A stretch of DNA of 64,000 nucleotides from Mobula hypostoma (Eukaryota), in contig NC_086101.1 of assembly GCF_963921235.1 (NCBI RefSeq), forward strand, positions 434,001 through 498,000, read 5' to 3'. The notes beneath the pieces are model-generated. The model was given only the letters and a program-made list of their open reading frames with translations, was not told the origin of the DNA and made no database searches. Below are positions 1 through 12,807 of this stretch, piece after piece. How positions within the stretch are numbered: position 1 is the first letter of the stretch; every line of letters begins with the position of its first letter. The translations under genes and the position numbers were made by a program.

Positions 1-379
1 TCATAATCGCCAAAACAAAGCAGCATGAAATGACAACTTTACTCGTCCTGTCCCTGTGTCAGTATGTGAATTCGCATGTCTTCCTTATAATGTAAAATGT
101 CCGATCAGTTTCTGTAATTTCCAATCCGACGTTATTTTATTCCAAAATCAGTTCGCGCCAAACTTTTTGTTCGGGACGTCCAACGCCTTCATTCCGTTCA
201 TGAAACATTTTACGACCAGCCCTTGCTGCCCAATGAAGAACAGGATAAGTGGGATGTAGCGTTCTATGTCGGTGCCTGAATCTTGACGAAAATATGAGAC
301 AGTTGACCTTTCCATTGCGTGTCAGCAAATGAGAACAAGTGTTTTGTATCTGTCTAAATATATTTTAACTCTGCTGGAA

Positions 380-630
380 ATGGGTAAGGCTATCAATGAC
401 CTATGCTGGATTAGGGACGGGAGACCATCAATGGCCTACGCTGGTTTAGTGGCATTTATAAAACAAGAAATTCGAAGTCTGTTTCCAATCCACTGTGTAA
501 CTCACCGTCAACATTTTCCTTATATTAAGATGTGGTGCACTTTGAGGTGCTGTAGAGAATATTGAGGGGCCTTGGCAAGTACTTATGTGCTTTAGGGGGG
601 CATTAGGCAGAAAAGGCTTGGAAAAACTAT
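380..630 (+). mobile_element. Decayed hAT (Buster/Charlie-like) transposase fragment and possible terminal remnant (copy at ~14386-14636)
   Basis: DGRPSMAYAGLVAFIKQEIRSLFPIHCVTHRQH resembles the hAT TDGAPSM...IHCxxHRQH motif; G-run/AAAAGG(C)TTGGAAA end resembles Charlie-type termini. Confidence 0.55.
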
Positions 631-1202
631 TTCAAATTAAATGTGCTGGTCGATTAGGTTTATATCTCTGAATTCACTGTCTGTTCCCGTGCTTGTGTAA
701 ATAACCTTTAAATGAAATATTACATCTCTTCCCATCACCTCCCTCAAGCACTTTATTCATCCTGACTGTTCGGCGTGCGAAAGACCCAATATCCTCTCTA
801 CTGTAATGAGTTTTCGGGACTCAGTTGCTGAAATAAAGATACTATGGACAGAGCCAAGTATATGTACTACCTTCTCTCTTGTTCTGTTCTTCAATGTGCC
901 GTCTTACCTGTCCTCTTCACATGCCTGTCACCTCCGCCTGGTACACTCCCTTCTCTCTCTTCCTCCTCGTCTCTCATGGTCCACTTTCCTCTCGTATCAG
1001 ATGCCTTTATGTCCAGCCCTTTACCTTTCCCACCCATTTGACATCGCCCATCACGTTCGATCCTCCCCTTCAAACTTTTTTCTTCTCTTTCCACTCGCTC
1101 CACCTATTTTATTTGGGCTTATTCCCCCTTCCTTTCTCGTCCTGAAGAAGCGTCTTGGTCTGAACCTGTTTACTTACGTCCATAGATTCTGTCTGACCTG
1201 AG

Positions 1203-1530
1203 TTGCAAGGTGTAATGTCCCTATCGCCACACACTGAGGGTGAAATCTCATTTGCTCTCCACTCGGATATTGACGTTAGCGATAACTACTTTAGGTTGCT
1301 GTTTACTGATTATAGCTCAGAATTAAACGCAATCATATCCTCCATTCCAATCAGCAGCCTCGAAATCCTGAGCCGTTTACCTCCCTCAACAACGGATCCT
1401 TGACTTCCTCACTGGGAGAGCAGAGTCAGTGCGGATCGAAACGAAAAACATCTCCACCTCACATTCAGCACTGAACCAGCTCAAGGATGTGTGTTTAGCC
1501 TACGGCTCTGTTTTTTCTATACTGACAACT
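1203..1530 (+). mobile_element. Decayed Rex1/Babar LINE RT fragment (copy at ~15209-15536)
   Basis: ISFALHS...FRLLFTDYSSELNAII matches the Rex1-type AISxALH...VRLLFIDYSSAFNTII motif. Confidence 0.65.
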
Positions 1531-1619
1531 GTGAGAGGGATGGAGGTATTGGTAGAGTGGAGGGTGGTCATAGGCTGAAGGGTGACACCGATATGTTAGT
1601 GAAACGGGCAGAGATCAGG

Positions 1620-1701
1620 CAGATAAAGTTTATCCCTGATAAACATAAGTTTTACCCCGATAAGCTATACCCCGATAAGTTTTATCCCTGACAAGCATAA
1701 G
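1620..1701 (+). repeat. Short imperfect tandem repeat (~15-23-bp GATAAGTTTTAYCCC units) within an old CR1 remnant (copy ~15626-15707)
   Basis: GATAAAGTTTATCCCT / ATAAGTTTTACCCC / GATAAGCTATACCCC / GATAAGTTTTATCCCT. Confidence 0.75.
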
Positions 1702-2901
1702 CTGCTGTAGTTTCTATCATGGAGAAGGTAGAAATGTCGTGTAGGTTCCCGGGGTTTATTCAGGAATAGGAGGTTTTAGGGTTTAACTCAAAAGATGCTT
1801 TATGGTAGCAAACAAAGAGAGTTTACGTGTTTAAGAAGGTATACCATGTGGGAGATATACCTTTTCCAATGTAAGAATCTAGGCAAGTAAGTCAGCTGAA
1901 CTCAGAGCATGGATTTGTCCATAGGTCTGAGATATTCATAGCAGAAACATGTTTGAGAAAGGGGCTAACTGTCATCTCAGTGTTCCAGGGCATAGAATTC
2001 ACAGACAGCATACAGGTGGAGGTAAGAGAGAAGGAGGAGTTGAGTTTATGTTTAGGGAGAGCATCATGGAGGTACATAAGAGAAGGATCGTCCAGTGAGA
2101 CTATGTAGGTGGAACGAAGGTAAACGATGGGAATGGTCAGTTTGATGGAACTGAATTATAGTGGGAATTCGAGGAACAGCTTCTCAGGGGCACTCCATGT
2201 AGATTTCAAATGATAATTTTCTGTTTGTAGGTGATTTTACTCCTCTCATAGAGTTCCTATAGTCCAAAGGGTTTGGAAGGGAGAGAATTTGTTAAAAGTG
2301 CCGCTGCAAGTCATCTCCAGCAGTCTGCAGATGAACCTATTAAAGGGAAAACATCTCGGGACCCCGGGTAGGGAAATGTGGTTGGGGAGGTGACTTAAAT
2401 ATGGTTATGGAAACAATTTGGGATCATTGACAATGACTGTTAGTTCAAAATACTTGTCTACAAAGTAAAATTATAAATCTGGGCGGGGCAGCCATTGAGA
2501 GCATTACAAAGGAAATTGGAAAGCATGACTGGGGGTGACTGTTCGCACATAACGGCGTGTCTGAGAAAAAAATAAGAATGGAGAAATCGGAGGCCTGTAT
2601 ATCACGTTACAGTGAAGGAAGGCTGGGTGTATTAGAGAATCCTGGACGATGAGGGATACTGAGGCTCTGGTCCGGAAAAGGAGATGACGTGTTAGATGTA
2701 AGCAGCTGGGAGCCCAAGTGAATCCCATGGAAAACATGCGATATATAGGCGTACACACTTGGGAATTGAGCAAATTTGAAAAGGGACACGTGATCGCATT
2801 AGCATAAGAGACACAGGAGGTTGCCAAAACACTGTGCGCATATTAAGGGTAAAAAAGTAAATTGGGAAAGAATCGATCCCGATGGCAATATTCAGGCGTA
2901 T

Positions 2902-4077
2902 TAAGACCATAAGACCATAAGACAAAGGAGCAGAAGTAGGCCATTCGGCCCATTGAGTCTGCTCCGCCATCTTAACATAAGCTGATCCATTCTCCTATTT
3001 AGTCCTACTCCCCTGCCTTCTCACCATAACCTTTGATGCCCTGGCTACTAAGATACCTATCAATCTCTGCCTTAAATACACCCAATGACTTGGCCTCCAC
3101 TGCTTCCCGTGGCAACAAATTCCATAGATTCACCACCCTCTGACTAAAAAAATTTCTTCGAATTTCTGTTCTGAATGGGCGCCCTTTAATCCTTAAGACA
3201 TGCCCTCTCGTACTAGACTCCCTCATCGTGGGAAACAACTTTGCCACATCCACTCTGTCCATGCCTTTTAACATTCGAAATGTTTCTATGAGGTCTCCCC
3301 TCTTTCTTCTAAACTCCAAGGAATACAGTCTAAGAGCGGACAAACGTTCCTCATATGTTAACCCTCTCATTCCCGGAATCATTCCAGTGAATCTCCTCTG
3401 TACCCTCTCCAACGTCAGCACATCCTTTCTTAAATAAGGAGACCAAAACTGCCAACAGTACTCCAAGTGAGGTCTCACCAGCGCCTTATAGAGCCTCAAC
3501 ATCACATCCCTACTCCTATACTCTATTCCTCTAGAAATGAATGCCAACATTGCATTCGCCTTCTTCACTACTGACTCAACATGGAGGTTAACTTTAAGGG
3601 TATCCTGTACGAGGACTCCCAAGTCCCGTTGCATCTCAGAACTTTGAATTCTTTCCCCATTTAAATAATAGTCTGCCCATTTATTTTTTCCGCCAAAGTG
3701 CATAACCATACACTTTCCAACATTGTACTTCATTTGCCACTTCTCTGCCCATTCTTCCAATCTATCCAAGTCTCTCTGCAGACTCTCCGTTTCCTCAGCA
3801 CTACCGGCCCCTCCACCTATCTTCGTATCGTCAGCAAACTTAGCCACAAAGCCATCTATTCCATAATCCAAATCGTTGATGTACAATGTAAAAAGAAGCG
3901 GCCCCAATACGGACCCCTGTGGAACACCACTGGTAACCAGCAGCCAACCAGAATAGGATCCCTTTATTCCCACTCTCTGTTTCCTGCCAATCAGCCGACG
4001 CTCTATCCACGTATGTAACTTTCCCGTAATTTCATGGGCTCTTATCTTGTTAAGCATCCTCATGTGTGACACCTTGT
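2902..4077 (-). mobile_element. 5'-truncated CR1 LINE, RT C-terminal half (copy at 16908-18083)
   Basis: 355-aa ORF with [15 protein letters not shown] and RPHLEYC; (TCTTATGG)n tail at 2902-2925; inserted in an older plus-strand CR1. Confidence 0.95.
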
Positions 4078-4656
4078 TTAGGTAGATAAAACTCCAGGGT
4101 ATAATCAGGGGTATCCTGTGACATAATGGAAAGCTCGGAAAGAAATTTCAGAGGCCCTGGCATTGTATCTGCATCATCTTTTACTCTGGAAGAGGTGTCC
4201 AATACGGATATTTTATTCGAGAAGTGCTGCAGGAACAAACCAGGGAACTACAGGACAGTAAGCCAAACATCAGTGGTGGGAAAGAGAGTGAAGGATATTC
4301 TGAGCGACAGGACCTAACTGTATTTGGATATAGATGCCCATTCTGATATTCAAGAGGGCCTATTCTGTCCCTTGCCACTTTTTTTTACCTTAATATAAAC
4401 ATATAAACCTATGGGATTCCCTTTCATCATGTTCACTGCAGCAAACTCTTTTCGTCCTCCAATACTCGCTGTTGTACTTCTACGTATTGGAACTGCATAT
4501 ATCTAATACGCACATCTTCATTTTTCTGTACCGGGGCCCGAATATCCCTCCATAATCAACCTTGTATGCATTTTCTTCTATTTAAACGGGAATGTACAGA
4601 TCCTTCGTACGTAGTATTTCACGTTTGAAGGCCTCCCACTTAACAACCATCTCTTT

Positions 4657-5090
4657 TAGGAGTAACACCTCATATAGCGTCTAGGTAGTCTCCCGCCCTT
4701 TGGTATGAACATAGAATTCTCCAGCTTCCGGTAATTCCCTCCCCTCCCTTCCCCTATCCCTATGTCACTCTTCCCCCTCCCCCAGCTGCCTATCACCTCC
4801 CTCATGGTTCCGCCTGCTTCTACTACCCATTGCGGTTTCCGGTATTCTTTCTTCACCTTTCCTGCCTATCACCTCCCTGCTTCCCCTCCCCCACTCTTTT
4901 ATCTTTTCCCTTACTAGCTTTTCACCTGGAACCCACCAGCCTTCTCCTTCCCACCCTCCCCCCCCCAACCTTCATTATAGGGCCTCTGCCCCTTCCCTCT
5001 ACAGTCCTGACGAAGGGTTCCGGCCCGAAACGTCGACCGATCTTTTCCACGGATGCTGCCCGACCTGTTGAGTTGTTCCAGCGTGTTGTG
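4657..5090 (+). mobile_element. Penelope-like element 3' fragment (copy at ~18663-19097)
   Basis: End of GIY-YIG-type coding region, pyrimidine-rich tract, GTCCTGACGAAGGG...CCCGAAACGTCGAC motif and GATGCTGCC...CCAGC tail shared with other copies in the window. Confidence 0.8.
5003..5038 (+). ncRNA. Minimal hammerhead-ribozyme-like motif of Penelope-like element (identical copy 19010-19045)
   Basis: GTC / CTGACGA / A-GGG-ttccgg-CCC / GAAA / CG / TC / GAC: conserved core CUGANGA...GAAA...UH with stem I, stem II and almost no stem III. Confidence 0.65.
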
Positions 5091-5564
5091 AGTATCTCTT
5101 TGACAGGAACAACCTGTCCCAATCCACGCACATCAGGTAACTCCGGAATCCTGCAAAGTTCATATTACGTCATTACATTTGCATGGAGTTATGATCACCT
5201 AATACCGCGTGTTCCCATAAATACGTCACCTGCCTTGTATTATCCGTTAAGAGCGACCAGGTATCGCACGTTGTCTGGATGGGGCCTCGAGGTGTTTGTT
5301 CTGGAAACGTTCTTGAATACTGTTGACAACTCTCTCTCTCATCAAATCGTTTTACATTATAGGATTTTCAGACAGTAATTGGAAAGTCAAAAGAAGTCTA
5401 TTATTTTTATTAGACCTGCCTGCTGTCTCTCTACAAAAGTGATCCCAAATACATGCATTTCATTGATTTACTCAGAGTGGAAGGTAACCCAGGAAGGCCT
5501 CCCAGCGTGGTGATGGAAGCAAACAGGATAGTGGCTTTTATGAGGCATTAGCCAGGTATGTAAA

Positions 5565-8500
5565 TATAAGGTTTTTTTTAATGTCACTGCGTAGTCTAAT
5601 TAAAATGGCTTCTTTGTTATGTTATAATTGAAAGGCTTGTTTGTTATATTAACTGCTGAGAAAGTCCTCCCGCTGGCAGTTCGTATGAATCACATTACTG
5701 ATAAGAAGATGTTATGAACCACTTGGGATAGTTGTTATGTTTTTGGTGTGTCTGTAAGATATTGTGTGCGCAGGGTTTTGAGGGAGAAGACGGGAGAGAG
5801 AGAGACAGAGGATGGACAAGGTGCTGTGATTCCGCTAACGGGGTCGGACCCCGAGTGGGGCGTTCGGCGAGGAGACGGAGACGGACTCGTGTGGAGGGTC
5901 TGGTCGACCACCGTTGTTGGTCCCAGGCGGCCGGTCGAGGTGGTCCGAGCGGTCACAGGGTGAAGAAGAAGGTTCTTGAGCTCCAACTGTTTTGTGCACG
6001 AAGAGATTAAACTTTGAAAAGTGTGGCGTCTTTTATTTTCCCTTTATATTTTATTCTCTATTAATTATATGGTTCCAGTAATATCTATAAACTGTAAATC
6101 ATTTAATCGTTTCTGGTGTATTTTCTGTTATTTGGGCAGGGTGGGGTACAACACACAGCATCCACACAAACTATTACCTAGTTCGGCGGGGCCGAGGGTT
6201 GTTTCCCTAGACGACAGCGAGCCGAGCGACCCTGAGGCTGGCCAGTGGGGGCTACATTGTGGGCTTTTGTCCGGGATTGGGTCTGCTAGTATGCTGTGTG
6301 GGTGCCCTGCTTAAATCTGCAATGTGTGTCTCTGTGGTTTATTTGCTGGTTATTGCTGCATGCGTGGTGGGTGCGGTTCTTGTTCGAGTTCAGGCTGGTA
6401 TTGACGAGTTGGAGGTGGCACTCGGGGCTGTTTATGCTGTTGGGAGAGAGAGGAAACATTGGTCTGATTTGGAGGTAGGGTTTGCGAATAAATGTTCTAG
6501 CTCTGGCTGGCTCCGCCTGGCGTTTCGGATAGTGTCCACCCCAAGAGGGGTGGAGGCGTGCGAGACGTGGGCGGAGTGGATCTCTCAGTTGTTAGATGAG
6601 TGGCAGTGCTCAGTTGAGGGACAGCGACAGGGATTGGTTGAAAGTTTGAGTAGGCGGGCTGGTGACGGTGTTGGAGTTGTCAGGTTCACTTACACCGTAG
6701 TGACAGCTGTCCGTTATTTGAAAGGCGGGGTGGAGTTTTCAGTATGTCTTCTCTGGCTAGGAGGGCGGCTAAATTGCTTGCAGTGCCAGGGGGATCATTT
6801 CAGGGGATCAGTTGTTCAGCTGATCAGAGAGGCGTCGGGAAACTTAGTGGAGGCCCAATGGGGGAACGGCTTCGGGTCTCCGGGGAAGCACGTTCCCAGC
6901 AATGTCCTGATGAACTTCCGAAAGGAAAACACCCTATTGCTGAAGGCTTAGGGGGACCACGCCCCAGGGTGTCGTTACGGATAGAGGGAAACGATGTTAA
7001 AGCCATCCTCGACCCCGGGGCGCAGGTCAAGTTGTTGTACAGTTCGTTTTACAACCGGTGCCTGAAGCATTTACCCTTGACAACCGCAAGGTCACCGGAG
7101 ATTTTGGGTACCAGTGCCAGTAGTTTTCCAGAAAACGATGATTGGTTAATGACCCTGGAGTTCATGGGGGCATTGTCTGGGCACCCAGCGTGTCGAGTTG
7201 CTTCTGAGGACGTGTGTAGCAGCCTTGAGCCGGTACCGAATTTAAACGAGACCCAGCGGTGGTACGATCTGGGGAAAGTAGCTGAGGGTGAGACCCTCTT
7301 AGTAGACATTCCGAACTACCACGAGGGAGGGGAGTTGACCGCTGAAAACACCTCAGTGAGAGAGAGGTCGCGTCAACTGGACCCTGGCGCTGTGGAAGAT
7401 GAAGGGAGCATGTGTGTGGATTATGCGACGTGGTTTAATGTGCTGGATCTGAGGAGTGGATGTTGCCAGATCCTGAGGAGTGCGGCTGTTGAGCCGAAGA
7501 CGGCCGTTGTTAGTTCGCTAGGATTATTCCGAATCGGAAAAGATGCTCAAGGGCATATCCGGAGCCCCTGCATCCTTCCCGCGGGGCATGAAGAAGACCA
7601 TGGGGGAAGTGAAGGTGTGTGGAGTTTTGGCGTATGTGGATGACCGCCAAGAGCTTGGATTTGCCTGGGGGGACAATGAGGCGAGGCGAGTGGCTGAGCC
7701 CGGGCGACAGAAGCGAAGTGTCACATGTGGAGGAGTTTTTGGCCGGAGGAGTTTGGTGCTATGTGAGAAAAATGACCCGACATACCAGTTGAACTTCCCG
7801 GTGTTGGGACAGACGGTGGTGGACCGGGGGATGGAAACCCAGGTCGTCAATCTGAATGAGGACACAGGGAAGAAAGGGGATTTGCACCGCTGAACTGAGT
7901 GCTCAGAAATGCCGGCCGGAGACTGAGTGCCGCACTTGTGGGACGACTATTGCAGACTTGGAATTCACGCTCGTCAACGTGGAGAAGGAACAACAGAAAT
8001 CCGAGCCGACATTGCGGTGATGTACTGACGAATTAATCCAGCGAGAAGAAACAATGACCCACCTTCGAAAGGATCAGCAGACACTCAAGACGTTGATTCA
8101 GAAAAGATTGGAAGACTTACAAGTTGGAGAAGATCAAGGAAGTGTTCTGATTAAAGCTAACAGAAAACCGAGAGCCCGGGCAGGGGAGTTTGACTGCACT
8201 CCCGAGGAGGTGAAGAAATGGAGGACAGATCTCGGAAAAGGGAGGCGGACGCTTGAAAGGAACCTGAAGATGACTATTGACAGCTTAAATGAAGTGGAAG
8301 AACTGAAAGTTGACCTGTAAGACGTCATCAGGAAGAAAACAACTGGAGGCTGAGCTGCTGCTTTTCAGGTCAGGGTGGGAGAAGCTGGTGGGGTAACTGC
8401 GTCCCAGACTGAGATGGCCAGGAACCGTGAATCAGAACTGCTGAGGCTGTGGCGAGAGTTGAAGGAGTCCCCGAAGAAGCTGACGTCTCGACTGCAGGAG

Positions 8501-8933
8501 GCTGAAGGGGTAGCCCCGGCTAAATGTTTCAGTTTGGAGAAAGTTAAACAGCAGCTACCGATCGAGGGAATGAGGAAGGATACGGATTCGAAGGATGATG
8601 TGCTGCATATGTGGTACATGCTGTCTTTCGCTAACTTCCCCGTGATTGAGGAAGAGAACTTTGGCCCTTCTCCCACTGAGTCAGGTGTAGTGGGGAGGGC
8701 TAGCTGGGGACAGTCTGAGTTACGGCAGGATCAGGAAGGAAAAGGAGCGGGGCCCCGGACACGGGACAGGGGGCTCCGAGTTGTAATGGTGACCTGAGTG
8801 AGAGAGGAGTTGGCAAGCAGGCAGGAGGTATCCCTAGTAGTGTCTGAACCTTTAGGGTTTAGGTGAGGGGGTACGGAGGTCTCGCAGGATTAGGAAGCCC
8901 TCAAATAGTTTGGCCTATGTAGCGCCCGTGTAC
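5565..8933 (+). mobile_element. Non-autonomous Gypsy LTR element carrying myosin fragments, copy truncated at the duplication junction
   Basis: LTR 5565-6256 (ends GGGGGCTACA), tRNA-Pro-like PBS, PNMA-like gag, protease LDPG, RT remnants; near-identical to 19572-22940. Confidence 0.9.
7713..8566 (+). pseudogene. Captured myosin heavy-chain (class II rod, MYH16-like) fragments, copy 1
   Basis: Same as 21720-22573 but with a derived TAA at 8318-8320. Confidence 0.8.
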
Positions 8934-9468
8934 AAATGTCTTTCTGTAACCTTAATTGATGAGGTAATGTTCGTTGTAGCTGAAGTGTTTGGGTTATAAT
9001 TGTAGATAACGGGGAATTAACCAATGGAAGTTATGTTATTCTATCTGTATGTGTGGGAACCTGAGTGAGTGCGCGGGAACTTCGGCGAAGAGAGGCGAAG
9101 AGGAAGGACGTGCGAGAAGTGCTCTGATAGACCGCCGTGGTTGGTCCCAGTCCGAGGGTCGTGGAGTTCGGAGGAAATCGAATGGTGGACCGAAGATATT
9201 GCGTGAACTCCAACGTGTGCATGAACTGTATAATCTCTATTTTTGGCGCCTTTTTATTTTATATTTTTGTTTCTCTACTAACTCCATAGTCACAGTAAAA
9301 TTTATAAAGTGTAACCGTTTAAACGTACATTGTGTACTGACTGATATTTTACGTTGTGGGTTTGTGCCAGCGTGCATGCACAGCATCTACACTAACGTGA
9401 GACACAGTTTGGCGGTCAGACGGCGGTTTCCACCAGACTAATGTGGGTTCATAGAGCTGAGTGTTACA
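8929..9468 (+). mobile_element. Solo-LTR-like sequence of a related Gypsy family
   Basis: TGTAC...GTGTTACA ends; internal blocks (CCAATGG, GACCGCCGTGGTTGGTCCCAG, CTCCAAC..GTGCA, TGGCGCCTTT) parallel the other LTRs; no PBS follows and no matching TSD. Confidence 0.7.
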
Positions 9469-11264
9469 GGCATATACCAAACAACAGCTCGCACGTATAT
9501 TGCAAATGATGATTATGGGGACCAGCACGTATATCTATGGATTAATGTAGACAAAGTTCAGAGAGGAGCTGTAGAATGGAATGAAGTAAATGGTTACATT
9601 CGGTAGGCTGCTGTGCAGATAACGCACGACTCCTATTGCACGTTGGTAGAATATGGAATCAAAAGTTGTGCAACTTTAGTTTGGCAGGTCTGGCCTTTAT
9701 TAATTGAATTATAGATTCATGGAATTATAGAGACTGAAATAAACACTTCGGCCCAACTAGTCTTTAAAGACAAGTCACCTATCTGCGCTAATCTGATGCC
9801 TACTTGTCAGCCCTATCCAGTTAACTGTCCAAATGTCTATTAATCTCTCCAAAAGAAACTGTCCAACTGTCTGTTTTAATTTTACTTATCTCTATCGGTT
9901 CTGTCAGTTCGTTTCATACATTCACCAACTTTTGCGTGAAACTCCTTTCCTTCGCAACATGTTAAATTGCAGTGTTGACGTGTTTCCGGCCATCGCTGTA
10001 AGCTGAGCGCACAATATTTCCTGTCCCTTTCCAAGGCAAATATATTAATTCAACAAGGCATCTGCTTGACCACTGAGATCCTCTTACATCCGCCGAAGGT
10101 TGCATCATTACTTTCGTTGGGGTGGGAATCTGGGGCAAACAACAAAGTATCGTGTTAGTAGAAGTTTATTTTAGGAAGAATTTGGCAGCTTTAGTGAGGG
10201 TGCAGACGTGATTTACCAGAATGCTGCCTGGACTTGAGGGCGTGTCCTATGAAGTTAAGTTAACCGAGCTAGAATTTCCCGTTTTGGAGCAAAGGAGGAC
10301 GACGGATTTACTAGATGATGAAGGGCTTTGATAGAATGTATACCCAGATACTTTTTTCCCATTTCCGAAATAGTCAATCTGAGAGGACATTATTTTAGGT
10401 GATTGGAAATAAGTATAACGGGGAGTGTCAGAGAAAAAAAATAGTTTACAGAAAGTGGTGCGTGCGAGGAACACCCTGCTAGTGGCGGTGACAGAGCTAG
10501 ATAATTAAGGGGTTTTTATCAATCTGTCTTCAGGCAAATAGGTGGGAGTCAAATGGATGGCTATGTAGGTGTGATTCGTTACTGTGCAGTAATGATTCTT
10601 TTCAGTTTTTTCAGTTGTTTGCGAAGTTTCTGAAGGAAAGAAATTGGAAGCATGAATTTTGGTGTTGTATTTCATTCATTCATTTTAATTCTAGAGTTTC
10701 TTAGTACTTGTTTACTTTGCCTATGTGGAGTCTACGATAGCGTGTTCGAAATGTGAGTGTTTCTATTCTAGATACGAGTTTCCCAAAGTCAGAGAGAATT
10801 GGTCATTGGGGAAGTTACTGATCGGTGCTCATTTAAGTAGGGAATTTAAGTGTGGCATTTTGGGAGGTAATTCGGGGGCAATCTTTAAAGTAGACTTTTC
10901 ACGGTGCGTATCCACAGAATGATAAACAGTGTTGCACTAAATTTCTAACACACTGATTTTGAATTTAGAGTCCACATGGAAAATGTTTTAATGCAGGCAC
11001 CGTGTTTCTCTCTAAAATGCTGAAGAGGTGATAATAGATTCCTAAAATGTAATTGCTGGCGTCATCCATGCAGAGCTGCTTAGATTTTCAGCTTGTAATT
11101 ACTCTGCCTTTTTAAAATCTCAAAATTACTCCAAACTTGACTCTGTCGAGACACCATTCCAAACCAGAGACTAAAGGAAGGCAGTAAAATGGGTATTCTG
11201 CACGAATGGGGACGAATTACCTTTGGGCTGCTGAGAACAGTGTCCGTGCCAGCCCCATATCCTT

Positions 11265-11850
11265 TTTGTTTCAGATGGATGGACACATAAAATTGGAGTG
11301 GGAAGTACAATTAACATGCCATCAGATTCGTGCTCCGTTCGCCAGAACATGCCGTGTCTCTCAATGGCCACCCATTTTAATTCCACTTCATTCCCATTCC
11401 AATATGTCCATGCATGACCTCCTCCACTGTTGGGATAAGGCCACACTTATGTTAGAGGAACAACACCTTATATTGCATTTCAATAGCCTCCAAACGGATG
11501 GCATGAACAGCGATTTTTCAAACTTCCAGTAATGCCTTCACCCCGCGTCACCATTTCCCATCCCGTTGTTCCTCTATCATGGTATCTCCTTGCCCGCCAC
11601 TCTTCTTCCTCTGGTGCTCCTTGCTCCTTTCTTCTTTCATCCATCTCGTTCTGCCTCTTTCACCAATGAATTCCCAGCTACTTGCATCATCCCTGCCATT
11701 CCAAGTTTCACCTATCGCCTAACGTTTCTCCCGTTCCCCCACTCAAATCTCCTCCTTAGCTTTTTTCGCCAGTCCTCCCGAAACGTCAACTGTACTTTCC
11801 ACCATAGATGTTGCCTTCCCTGCCGAGATCCACACGGAAAATACTGAGGC
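11265..11850 (+). mobile_element. Decayed Penelope-like element 3' fragment (GIY-YIG C-terminus)
   Basis: HSHSNMSMHDLLHCWDKATLMLEEQHLI...DGMNSDFSNF resembles the cleaner copy at 45262-45600. Confidence 0.7.
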
Positions 11851-12807
11851 AGTTTTTGGGGTAAATTGGATCAGCAAGTTTGCTGATGGCACTAAGATTG
11901 GAGGCTTTGTGGACAGCGAGAAAGGCTTTCAAAGCTTGCAGAGGAATCTGGACCAACTGGGAAAATGTGCCAGAAAATGGCAGATGGAATTTAATGCAGA
12001 CAAGTGTGAGGTGTTGCATTTTGGAAGGATACATTAAGGTCGGACATACAAAGTAAATGGTAGGGCACAGAGGAGTGCGGAGGAACAAAGGGATCTGGGA
12101 GTTCAGATACATAATTCCCTGAAAGTGGCATCACAGGTAGACAGGGTTGTAAAGAAGGCTTTTGGCATCCTGGTATTCATAAAGCAATGTACTGAGTATA
12201 GGAGTTGGGATGTTATAGTGAGGCTGTATAAGACATTTGGAAGGTCATATTTGGAGTATTGTGTGCAGTTCTGGTTACCTAACTATGGGAAGGAGATCAG
12301 TAAGATTGAAAGAGTGCAGAGAAGATTTACTACGATGTTGCTGGTTCTTCAGGAATTGATTTACAGGGCAAGATTGAATAGGTTAGGACTTTATTCCTTG
12401 GAGCGTAGAAGAATGAGGGGGGATTTGATAGAGATTTATAAAATTATGAGGGGTGTAGACAGAGTAAGTGCGAGTAGGCTCTTTCCACTTAGATCTGGAG
12501 AGATAAATACGAGAGGACATGGCCTTAAGTTAAAAGGGGAAAGGTTTAGGAGGAACATTAGGGGGATCTTCTTCACTCAGAGAGTGGTGGGAGTATGGAA
12601 CGGGCTGCTATCTGACGTGGTAAATGCGGGATCACTCAAGTTTTAAGAATAAATTGGATAAATTGAACCCCTCAGAATACATGGATAGGAGAGGTCTGGA
12701 GGGTTATGGAATGGGTGCAGGTTAAAGAGACTAGCGGAATAAAGTTTCGGCACAGACTGGAATGACCGAATGGCCTGTTTTCTGTGCTGTAGTGTTCTAT
12801 GGTTCTA
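11851..12807 (+). mobile_element. 5'-truncated CR1 LINE (second subfamily)
   Basis: RT C-terminus (LEYCVQFW, LERRRMRGDLIE) and TTCTATGGTTCTA tail. Confidence 0.9.

Larger units (their letters stand above)
1..8933 (+). repeat. Segmental (tandem) duplication, copy 1 (begins before the window)
   Basis: Sequence and ORF track repeat at 14007-22940. I noticed only two differences: C9 (4958-4966) vs C10 (18964-18973), and T8318 vs G22325. Confidence 0.97.

Noticed and set aside
137..328. Minus-strand ORF with LHWAARAG, resembling an ankyrin repeat (an overlapping frame vaguely resembles a GPCR TM1)
   Set aside because: Single short match with no second repeat, no supporting exon structure and nearby stops; likely chance.
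1620..1701. Short direct repeats that could be mistaken for a CRISPR array
   Set aside because: No unique spacers, irregular units, eukaryotic context, no cas genes.
5165..5223. TTACGTCA, octamer ATTTGCAT and CATAAATA cluster resembling an Ig, histone H2B or snRNA promoter
   Set aside because: No leader/V exon, histone ORF or snRNA recognisable downstream; short motifs can occur by chance.
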